Below the pieces are notes generated by a model that worked only from the letters and a program-made list of their open reading frames with translations, did not search any database and was not told the origin of the DNA. From the NCBI GenBank assembly GCA_000934665.2, contig KZ538000.1, forward strand, positions 124,001 through 170,413: 46,413 nt of DNA, in the 5' to 3' direction. Every line of letters starts with the position of its first letter. Position 1 is the stretch's first letter. The position numbers were made by a program, and so were the translations under genes. Below, piece by piece: positions 39,701-46,413 of this stretch. Source of the DNA: Catajapyx aquilonaris. Its lineage: Eukaryota.

Positions 39701-42700
39701 CTTGCGCTCCAAACTCGGACTACCAAGGATATCACGTTTACATTGACGAGAATATGCCGCCAGAATCGCCATATTTGTATGGTCTGCATCCGAATGCAGA
39801 GATTGGCTTTCTGACCACTACATCCGAAACACTATTCAGGACTGTTCTGGAGTTGCAACCGAGGGATTCTGGCGCTGCGGGAGGATCGGTGGTCACCAAA
39901 GAGGAAAAGGTCAGTGGGTCAGTATGTAAGAGCTTCTTGGCCATACCCACACCATCATTTACCATCGCGACATAACCTATTATATTTTGCGGTTTAGCCT
40001 CTCATAATATAATCAGTAATCAATATCCCGCACGTACTGTACTATCTAATATTTTCCACAACAGGTAATGCTAGCCAAGTTTAGTCACTTTTGTAGACAC
40101 ATCATAGAGTAGCATACCGGTATTGTTTTAATTATTATTAGAATAACGAGCTCTTGTAGAGCTCTTATGGAGTAGGTAACAACAAAATGGAGCGTCAACA
40201 GTGGCAAAGTGAAGAACAACATAACAAGCAAAGTACAAAAAGTTTATGTTTCTCTAACTAATGAAGAGTCCTTACTCGTAACAAGGCAACAACTTAATGT
40301 GTGGGAGAACTGGGACACGTTTCACTAGCTCTTGCTCCGTTTATTCCTAGATCTGCTCACGAGTAGTAGAAAATGTCCTCTTGCTGTGCTACTTCCGGTT
40401 ATTTATATTCCTTGGGAAGGAAATATGAATTTTTTATAATCTACTCTCTGTTTCATGCAGTGCAAATGCAGTACAATAATCTTTGAAATCGTGGGACGTA
40501 GCTAATGCATATATCAAAGTGCATGTGTACTGTGCAGCTATACTGTACTATAACCAGCTTATAAGCACTCATTGTATTTTGGTTGTATTTTGGTTGAAGT
40601 GTCAAAACATTTACATACTAAGATTGATGTAATATTGTTAAAAAGTGTGCCCAAAAACTTGATTAATGGCCATAGTTTTTCCTGCAACTCGCCGTATGAT
40701 TTGACAAAATAATTTACTAAATGACCTAAGTACAGATAGGCAAATCATACTATCTTCGAAAATTCATAAGCAAATAATCCACCTTCTCCACATCTAAAAT
40801 GACAGGTAACAACGCAGTGAATCATCTCCCCATTTTCCCTCAATTTCCCTAGAGGCCAGGGTCTCAATTTCAAATCGCACATTGGCAGCCGTAAATCACT
40901 TGTTGACTTGCCACCTATCGACAGGTGAAGCAAAGCATCGACGACATCCTGGAGCGTCTCCCGGAAGAGTTCAACATGCCAGAGATCATGGGCAAAGTGG
41001 AGGAAAGGACCCCGTATGTCATTGTGGCCTTTCAGGAATGTGAACGCATGAATATCCTCACCAGGGAAATGAGGCGCTCTCTGAAGGAGCTCGACCTGGG
41101 CCTAAAGGTTGGTGGCCTCCAAAGATATCGTATAATACGACCCACCTGAGGAACTTTCCAAGTCCTGTGCGAATGAACCTGTGGCAGCGGGTGAAAAATG
41201 GAAGGGATATGGGTGGGGGAAGAAAGGAGACGGGTCTTTTCGCTTCGGAATTGCAAAGGAGGATGGTGGGGCCTCAGGGAATTAATATTGCTTCCATGTG
41301 ACATCTGTGGCATTATGACTTTTTTTGTTTTTTTGCTCGACCCTATATACAGTTGGTTATCCAAAATAGACAGCCTGTATTTATGGGATAGCCTGCTTCG
41401 GAGAAACTGCGAGTATTCCTGTAGTGTGTATGGAAATTGCTGTTTAGCCTTATTCAATTTAGTGAATGAAAATAATTTTATCCAAATTATTGAAGTGGAT
41501 AAATTGAAATAATTTGTTTGGGCATAAAATAGGTGGAAGGAATTTTCACCGAAAGTGAGTGAGTGGACTGATTACTGGTGCAATACGTTGCAAAATTAAT
41601 TAATGGAAGCTTTTTAAAATCGGTATAAAAAGATGCAGAATTAAAAGCAATATATGGAAGTATTTTCCATTTAGACGATGAGGTTGTGTCCACCTATGTG
41701 CAATATAATTGGGAGGAATTTCCGGAATTTTTGCTTTCCACTAGACTATATTTAGACTTTTCCACTTAAAAGCTGCCATTGCTAATATACGGTAGTTATT
41801 AAGTAAAAGTTTAAAAGTATGGTCTTTATCCAGATAGACACGTAATTACGAGTATACGCAGAAATATTGTACCATTTTATCCACAGTGCGATTAACATGA
41901 AAAGACAAGTGTAAAATGCATCATTTTAGTTAGAAATGCGACATCCTCCCACTTAAACAGGTAGAAGAAAATCGAAGAAAATGCTCCATTTTTTCACCTA
42001 AAATATCCACCAAAAACCGCCAAAAACGTTTAAGCTTGACGACCTGTGTGACTCAATCTGAAGTTGAAAAATCAACAAAATGTTTATTTTGGCATCTATA
42101 GCATTAATCCATCACGATGACTGGAAACAAAATTTTAGTTGTACCCAGAAGCGGTTGGGTCAGGATATTGATTACAAGCATCCATGGGATTGCGACATAC
42201 CATCTATAGTCTATACAATCTACATATTTGTGGATTCAAAGCCTAGCTAATCAGTTGCGGAACCCAGGGGCAAAGAATAAGGACGTCAACCCCATACCTG
42301 GAAATGCCGTGCCCTTCTAGGAGGCAGGTGTCTAACCTGCCGAACAATCTAGATCAGACGCCATTCTTTGTATTTCAGTACGATTTCCTAATTCAAAGGG
42401 AGGCCGTCTAAGAATCCTGTTCCTGTTGTAGTTGACCTTTGGGAGGGATGGTAAAGGGAGAAGGAAGGGTTGGATGGGGAGATGACCGACGATAACCTCA
42501 CCAACAAGGAAGGCGCCATGTGGGTGAGACAAATCCGGAGGTAAAAAATTGTAATCAGGACAAAGGTTCAAATATACGTAGTAGTTCGCTACAGCGCAGC
42601 ACAGCGTGAACAATGTAAATCCTTTCTTATTATACTCATAAATCAGGAATTCCATTATCAAATTGACGGATTCAGTATAGGTCTGTAGCATTACAATCAT

Positions 42701-45679
42701 AATGAGAGATGCAATAGCTGGAAAGACAATATATTATGCTCATTGTTACTGCTGTTATTTGTTTTAATTAATTAAAAATTATTCCCTACGCAACAAACAC
42801 GCATATGGGATTGCACATGCTGGCAGCGCACATAAAAACAGTGTTGAGATATGACATCAATTATACATATATATCTCTTTGCACTGTGCGGTTCCATGGT
42901 ATTTTCATCATTTGGGTCGGTGAAACCGATTTACAGGACTGGCTTGACGCTTAATTACTCGCGAGGGAGAACGAATGTATTTGAAAATGAGGATTCAGCT
43001 GTGCAAAATGGGCTAGTGGCACTGTAAATGAAGAATTTCTTTAAAACTGAGCTTCGCGTTCATAGGCCTGTCACAATTAGCAGCAACAGAGGAACATTAA
43101 AACTCGAACTGTTTTTTCCCCTACCACTACATTTCCAACAAGCGGTTTTTTGTGTAAATTCCGCTCGCAAAACCCGCCGCATTACTTGGCAGTAGTTACA
43201 CCAATTTTCACATTAGCATCGATCAGAGCACTAGTTTCCACCCCATGCAAACTTCTCTGCTTTGCAATCAACTTTTGTAAACTGATTAGCAAGTTTTCAG
43301 TGCATTTACTGCCTTTGCTTCATATCTTTCCGGCCTTTGGGGGAGGCCCAACTGAATCGTAATTAATTATTTGCTTCAAGCAGAAGGATCAAGATCGCAA
43401 AATGAGACCAAGAGATCTCCAAAACTAACCCGCAAGATTGTTTCGCCCGAATGCGATGAGTTGTTCTTAGCTGACCGCCCTTTTGTTTCAGGGCGAATTA
43501 ACCATCACTGGAGACATGGAGGATCTGTCTTATTGTCTCTTCTTGGATCAAGTTCCCCCCGGGTGGACTGAAAGGGCTTATGCATCACTATTAGGCCTGG
43601 CAGCCTGGTATTCGGACCTTCTCCTGCGAATCAGGGAACTGGATTCCTGGTCTTCAGACTTCATGGTAAGATTTTTGCCGATAATCATTAAACGGCTCAC
43701 GCTTTAATTTGCTGGCCCGTTATAGTCAAGCCAGCCAAGTGGAGTAGAAACGGCCATTATCAGACCACCATCCAGCCTAACCTAAACTAAAATTACTTAT
43801 CCTATAATAAGTCAGGATCTTCTGCTGAGAGTGCAAATTTCTGGTCACGAATCTCTCATTTCCTGTAATCCTTCTAATGCACTTTACGCCTTCTGTAACA
43901 ACAGGTGGCACTATTAGCTTCGGTCCGTGTCTCGCATTTGCAATGTTACTCGGAGTGTAAGGCCTGCCTCCCCTCCCGACCATGTCATTAAGATCCCTAA
44001 TATTTTCCTGCCACAACCGAGGGTCACAAATCGTGCTAGTGCTCCCTACAGTCCTAGCGACAAATTAGGCCATCTTGCGTTACTCCAGATGGCGCGAGTC
44101 TCTCGCCATTTTTCATATGATCTGTCCCCCCATCCCTCCCTCCCCCGCACATAGCACCGCCACCATCTTGTTGAAGAAAAAGGGCAGAAGAGAAATTCCA
44201 CTCCCACCCCTTACCGAATGGTCTTGATATCGCGATTCAACGAGGGCATCGTAGAGTCCTCAGGGCCACGCTCGGAAAATCCACTTCCGACGAATTGGTC
44301 CACGAAATCAATTCGATTCCTTCATCTGAAGGCTAGGAACCCACCCCACCCCGCAATCCCCGCCTCACTGGATCGGTCCCACCCTATCCGCCCCCGCAAA
44401 GGTCTATCTCTCCTGCTCTATATCGACCATCTAAAAAAATAGTCTGCAAAAATAAACTATAGTAGGTCAGTAACAAAATTAAGCTAAAAATGCGTCTCCT
44501 GCAACAGGGAGGATGACATTTTTTTGTGACTTTTTAAGCTCCCAGCATGTGTGTGGTTAGCGGGTTTCTTCAACCCGCAGTCCTTTTTGACTGCCATCAT
44601 GCAGAGTACGGCTCGGAAACAAGAGCTGCCTCTGGACAAAATGTGCCTGCATTGTGACGTCACCAAGAAGAGCAGGGAAGATTTCTCGTAAGTGCTGTTC
44701 ATTGATGTACTCATAACGATATTTGTCCGACAAAACATGTGACAAAATTGATCCCATTAAAAAAATGTGAACATAATTATCACCAGTGTCATTATCAGAG
44801 AAGTCTCTAAGCTATGGTATCGTGGAAAAATCAGACTTCTAACAAAATTGGAAATAATATATTGTTACAAAATTTTGTGGAGTGGCTTAATTTTTAACTT
44901 TTACCACATGTACGTGAGAAGTGGACGAAGGCCCACCCCGAGCCTAGCTAGTCATATGTAGCCTATAGTTTTTCTGGTCAAGTATTATAATTATAAAAAT
45001 TGAAAATAATTTTTTTGTACGGTGTGAGTTCTTAAAATTCTGCACATTTTACCCCCAAATGTACCATTGGCATAAAACACATTTACACACCCTTGGTCCC
45101 ACTGCTATCAAGTCACGGACGCTGTGCCATGACCCGCTACACTATCGCTCATATCCACTATCATTATGTGCACCCGTTTTCAACACTGCATCCCCCGGTG
45201 ACGCATTCCGATTGAAAGGTCATGAATTAAATTTCCGGTATCACATCCCAGCTTTAATTCACTCGGACGGGGGGGGGGGGGGGGGGGNGGGGGGGGGGCT
45301 ACTGCAGGACGTTACAATATTATGTGTGCAACAGGAGATCACCCCTCTGCCATCGAAAAAAAAAATCCAAATCTGCCAGGCTCCTGGCACACATCCCAGA
45401 AATAATTTTGATGAAAATGGGATAGAGTGTTCATGCTAGAGTTCAATTCACGGATACTGGGGAAAAAATGAGCTACAGTTAACTGATTAGCCAGATTTCC
45501 CCTGTCCGTTACCCGAATATGCTCCTGACCCTATGGCCTTTTACAGGGGACCCCCGAGGGAAGGCGCCAATATACACGGGCTGTACATGGAAGGTGCTCG
45601 TTGGGACACGTCGACTGGGGTCATCGGTGACTCCAGGCTCAAAGAGTTGCATCCGCTCTTGCCAGTCATTTTCCTCAAG
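381..45679 (+). CDS. DNAH9/17: Axonemal outer-arm dynein heavy chain, beta type (partial; 28 coding exons in window, gene continues beyond both edges)
   Basis: 28 exons with GT(GC)-AG boundaries in compatible phases, totalling 5455 nt (1 + 1818 codons). Motifs: [113 protein letters not shown]. Beta-type assignment rests on recalled similarity; DNAH9/11/17 paralogues cannot be separated without a tree. Confidence 0.96.
1282..1616. mobile_element. Tc1/mariner-type MITE, nearly palindromic
   Basis: TA|CAGGGTGACCAAAAAGTCTGGA ... TCCAGACTTTGGGTTACCCTG|TA; imperfect terminal IRs of about 65 bp plus an inner IR (about 1381-1423 vs 1476-1518); TA flanks. Confidence 0.8.
2098..2134 (+). repeat. (GTA)n microsatellite
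   Basis: About 12 perfect GTA units. Confidence 0.95.
3455..3678 (+). mobile_element. Full-length tRNA-derived SINE with V/Meta-type core
   Basis: Pol III A box TGGTGTAGTGG (3468-3478), B box GAGTTCGATCC (3511-3521), core GCGGGTTTTCTCGGGGTTCTCCCGTTTCCTCCCAC, (CAAA)n-like tail, 13-bp TSD AACTTTGTGAGTC at 3442-3454 and 3679-3691. Confidence 0.88.
3843..4004 (+). CDS. DNAH9/17: Dynein heavy chain exon 2
   Basis: ctgcag|GGA...GAG|gtaagt; GMLF...[22 protein letters not shown]...KKCFE. Confidence 0.93.
7796..8456 (-). mobile_element. Internally deleted, non-autonomous mariner transposon
   Basis: TIRs TA|TTGGGTTGGAAAGAAAG ... CTTTCTTTCCAACCCAA|TA. Minus strand keeps the N-terminal [12 protein letters not shown] (about 8252-8299) and the C-terminal [28 protein letters not shown]...FYRDGI (degenerate [16 protein letters not shown] motif). 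Confidence 0.92.
8539..8780. mobile_element. MITE with about 50-bp TIRs, GAG...CTC termini
   Basis: GAGGTGCTCAGAGGGAAAACGGCATATCCCAACCG vs CGGTTGGGATATGTCGTTTTTCCTCTGAGCGTCTC (reverse-complementary, few mismatches). Confidence 0.75.
12211..12410 (+). CDS. DNAH9/17: Dynein heavy chain exon 3 (start of AAA4)
   Basis: cggcag|GAC...TGCAG|gtttgg; [26 protein letters not shown]...[15 protein letters not shown]. Confidence 0.92.
12533..12689 (+). CDS. DNAH9/17: Dynein heavy chain exon 4 (AAA4 P-loop)
   Basis: ccgtag|A...AAA|gtatgg; hand translation [52 protein letters not shown] (not in ORF track). Confidence 0.95.
12937..13125 (+). CDS. DNAH9/17: Dynein heavy chain exon 5 (AAA4)
   Basis: ttccag|ACG...GAG|gtaaca; [48 protein letters not shown]...VRNE. 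Confidence 0.94.
14040..14279 (+). CDS. DNAH9/17: Dynein heavy chain exon 6 (AAA4)
   Basis: ttacag|GTA...CCG|gtgagt; [65 protein letters not shown]...EVLP. Confidence 0.94.
15056..15176. repeat. Short GC-rich inverted-repeat element
   Basis: GTACCTCGGCAAGCAGCGC ... GCGCTGCTTGCGGGGGTAC. Confidence 0.55.
15302..15456. repeat. Short inverted-repeat element (MITE relic)
   Basis: ACGAGTCTATCCATCATGA ... TCATGATGGATAGATTCGT (18/19 match). Confidence 0.55.
16485..16718 (+). CDS. DNAH9/17: Dynein heavy chain exon 7 (AAA4 small domain, start of stalk)
   Basis: ttgcag|GAG...CAG|gtcaag; [15 protein letters not shown]...[16 protein letters not shown]...[15 protein letters not shown]. Confidence 0.93.
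17020..17146 (+). CDS. DNAH9/17: Dynein heavy chain exon 8 (stalk coiled coil CC1)
   Basis: tatcag|GTG...ATTG|gtaaat; [42 protein letters not shown]. Confidence 0.92.
17261..17384. repeat. About 124-bp imperfect palindrome (mini-MITE or hairpin)
   Basis: AGTTTCGGACAAAC...ACACAACTATCAGCATTCT vs AGAATGCTTATGGTTGTGT...GTTTGTCCGAAACT. Confidence 0.65.
18678..18811 (+). CDS. DNAH9/17: Dynein heavy chain exon 9 (CC1 into MTBD); apparent GC donor
   Basis: tcacag|GC...AAG|gcattg; [44 protein letters not shown]. The 3' boundary is inferred from the conserved [12 protein letters not shown] junction. Confidence 0.85.
18889..19017 (+). CDS. DNAH9/17: Dynein heavy chain exon 10 (microtubule-binding domain)
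   Basis: cttcag|AAC...AAG|gtgtac; [43 protein letters not shown]. Confidence 0.92.
19081..19234 (+). CDS. DNAH9/17: Dynein heavy chain exon 11 (microtubule-binding domain)
   Basis: tttcag|ACC...GCAG|gttgtg; [21 protein letters not shown]...[16 protein letters not shown]. Confidence 0.93.
19300..19442 (+). CDS. DNAH9/17: Dynein heavy chain exon 12 (MTBD end, CC2)
   Basis: cctcag|GG...GCC|gtatgt; [48 protein letters not shown]. Confidence 0.93.
19635..20108 (+). CDS. DNAH9/17: Dynein heavy chain exon 13 (CC2 into AAA5)
   Basis: cctcag|GGT...CAG|gtaggt; ...[16 protein letters not shown]...[32 protein letters not shown]. Confidence 0.95.
20996..21189 (+). CDS. DNAH9/17: Dynein heavy chain exon 14 (AAA5)
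   Basis: ccgcag|CTG...GAA|gtacgc; [64 protein letters not shown]. Confidence 0.94.
22017..22725. mobile_element. Foldback-like element with about 260-bp inverted arms nested in the 21705-23361 element
   Basis: 22017-22279 is the imperfect reverse complement of 22463-22725, with an unpaired spacer of about 180 bp. Confidence 0.8.
22939..23012 (+). repeat. (ATT)n microsatellite
   Basis: About 24 perfect ATT units. Confidence 0.95.
26244..26754 (+). CDS. DNAH9/17: Dynein heavy chain exon 15 (AAA5 and buttress)
   Basis: tctcag|A...AAG|gtaagg; [53 protein letters not shown]...[10 protein letters not shown]. Confidence 0.95.
26985..27929. mobile_element. pogo/Tc1-mariner-superfamily non-autonomous element (TA TSD)
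   Basis: TA|CCGTCAAAGGGGGTGAGATTGTGCCA ... TGGCACAATCTCACCCCGTTTGACGG|TA (26-bp TIR, 1 mismatch); internal copies of a GGTGAGATTGTG-like motif. Confidence 0.85.
28355..28525 (+). CDS. DNAH9/17: Dynein heavy chain exon 16
   Basis: tttcag|GCA...CAA|gttagt; [13 protein letters not shown]...[28 protein letters not shown]. Confidence 0.93.
29413..30083. mobile_element. Foldback-type MITE with about 280-bp inverted arms
   Basis: AAAGGACATGGGTTAACTCCTTATG...CAAACCATTTGGC (to about 29698) pairs with GCCAAATGGTTTG (from about 29812)...CATAAGGAGTTAACCCATGTCCTTT. Confidence 0.88.
30697..30937. mobile_element. MITE with GAG...CTC termini and about 30-bp TIRs
   Basis: GAGGGGTGAATCAAAGGCGGTTAAGTCCA ... 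TGGACTTAGCCGCCTTTGATCTGAGACCCCTC; flanks AAAT and AAAA. Confidence 0.7.
31980..32128 (+). CDS. DNAH9/17: Dynein heavy chain exon 17
   Basis: ttctag|GTT...TTCAG|gtaagc; [49 protein letters not shown]. Confidence 0.92.
33691..33777 (+). repeat. Compound (GTG)n(GTA)n microsatellite
   Basis: About 6 GTG units followed by about 20 GTA units. Confidence 0.95.
34060..34227 (+). CDS. DNAH9/17: Dynein heavy chain exon 18
   Basis: tttcag|G...TAT|gtgagt; [55 protein letters not shown]. Confidence 0.94.
35231..35363 (+). CDS. DNAH9/17: Dynein heavy chain exon 19 (AAA6)
   Basis: tcgcag|G...AAG|gtaaag; [11 protein letters not shown]...[14 protein letters not shown]. Confidence 0.93.
35725..35868 (+). 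CDS. DNAH9/17: Dynein heavy chain exon 20 (AAA6)
   Basis: ctgtag|GAC...CAG|gtcagt; [11 protein letters not shown]...[32 protein letters not shown]. Confidence 0.92.
35926..36063 (+). CDS. DNAH9/17: Dynein heavy chain exon 21 (AAA6)
   Basis: cctcag|AAT...CAG|gtatgt; [17 protein letters not shown]...[20 protein letters not shown]. Confidence 0.92.
37027..37252 (+). CDS. DNAH9/17: Dynein heavy chain exon 22 (AAA6)
   Basis: cttcag|GGT...TTG|gtaagg; [28 protein letters not shown]...[17 protein letters not shown]. Confidence 0.95.
37886..38061 (+). CDS. DNAH9/17: Dynein heavy chain exon 23 (AAA6 lid)
   Basis: tcacag|GA...TTG|gtcagt; [59 protein letters not shown]. Confidence 0.95.
38662..38970. 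mobile_element. Nested inverted-repeat elements (MITE within MITE)
   Basis: Outer AAGGGGTTAACCACT ... AGTGGTTAACCCCTT; inner arms of about 60 bp at 38692-38751 and 38790-38849; dispersed GGTACTCC units. Confidence 0.7.
39667..39909 (+). CDS. DNAH9/17: Dynein heavy chain exon 24
   Basis: taccag|CTG...AAG|gtcagt; [11 protein letters not shown]...[26 protein letters not shown]...KEEK. Confidence 0.94.
40925..41107 (+). CDS. DNAH9/17: Dynein heavy chain exon 25 (C-terminal domain)
   Basis: cgacag|GTG...AAG|gttggt; [18 protein letters not shown]...[33 protein letters not shown]. Confidence 0.94.
43492..43665 (+). CDS. DNAH9/17: Dynein heavy chain exon 26 (C-terminal domain)
   Basis: tttcag|GGC...ATG|gtaaga; [12 protein letters not shown]...[34 protein letters not shown]. 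Confidence 0.94.
44539..44687 (+). CDS. DNAH9/17: Dynein heavy chain exon 27 (C-terminal domain)
   Basis: tttaag|CTC...CTC|gtaagt; [49 protein letters not shown]. Confidence 0.92.
45268..45298 (+). repeat. Poly-G tract containing an ambiguous base
   Basis: About 30 G with one N. Confidence 0.9.
45547..45679 (+). CDS. DNAH9/17: Dynein heavy chain exon 28 (C-terminal domain; last coding exon is beyond window)
   Basis: ttacag|G...AAG|gtttgt; [44 protein letters not shown]. Confidence 0.93.
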
Positions 45680-46413
45680 GTTTGTATCGTATTGCATTGT
45701 AAGGTAGCCATACAGGAGAGCTGGATAAGCCCTGATGCCTGAACAGAAATTGTGCTCGTAGGTCATTGGGAGGAACTAACTTTTGAGCTCATCGTTTAAC
45801 ACGGAGTAAATGAGGGTGGGATATCAGGCGTCGAACTTCAGCTTCAAGGGGAGATATTTCGTCCATTTTGTCTGCTTTAAAGGGGTTAGTCTAACGTAAT
45901 AATAGCCCAGACCTCAGACTAACGACGATCGATTTGAGTCAAGGTACGTGTTATTCATTTGGAAGCCTTTCATTTGCAGTAGACCCATGCTATTATTTGG
46001 AGATTTGTATTCACTTTGTGAAAAGTCCAAAACAGAAAAAGCCGATTTGTTATTTATAAAAACCAGAAAACCCTATTTCAAATCCAACTCGCCATTTGTA
46101 GGTTTGTACATGACAACTATTCTATTGCCCCTCAAAAATCAACTTATAACATTCTGTATGAATAACATGTGGCCTTTTTATTATAATACTGATGGTAATC
46201 GAATATATCAATAATTAAAGACCACTTTCAACCTTTCAAGGGATGTTTTATCACCAAGTCATCATCTGTTTAAAGCATCCCTATTTCAGGGATCGAACCG
46301 GTTTAAAAAATCACCCTATAAATGTGCATTATTCAATGTTTTATAAACCTAACGCCATCACATGAATAATGCTCATTATACGCGTTTCCATTATGATCGT
46401 GGAATTCCCACAC

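Noticed and set aside
41032..41512. 141-aa and 104-aa overlapping ORFs
   Set aside because: No recognisable domain; the minus-strand ORF partly overlaps dynein exon 25 antisense.
45268..45298. Poly-G (and poly-C at about 23588-23602) as functional G-quadruplex
   Set aside because: Homopolymer with an N and unreliable length; no supporting context.
45680..46413. Terminal dynein exon
   Set aside because: Expected C-terminal motifs (YxCPVYKT, WxLAGVALL) not found; the exon must lie downstream of the window.

Overview
Eukaryotic (animal, probably invertebrate) genomic DNA. The whole window lies inside one + strand, intron-rich gene for an axonemal outer-arm dynein heavy chain of the beta type (DNAH9/DNAH11/DNAH17, Drosophila Dhc93AB group). 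I traced 28 coding exons (381-45679) by hand. They splice in compatible phases into about 1818 stop-free codons covering the end of AAA3, AAA4 (P-loop GVGGSGKQS), stalk and microtubule-binding domain, AAA5, buttress, AAA6 and most of the C-terminal domain. The 5' part and final coding exon(s) lie outside the window. The introns hold many mobile-element relics: a complete tRNA-derived SINE with a 13-bp TSD, an internally deleted mariner, several MITE/foldback elements (some nested) and microsatellites. The most unusual points concern splicing: an apparent GC-AG intron with a very weak donor, a 57-nt in-frame stop-free intron in AAA6, and a two-class donor-site pattern. I found no convincing evidence of a wholly new biological system.
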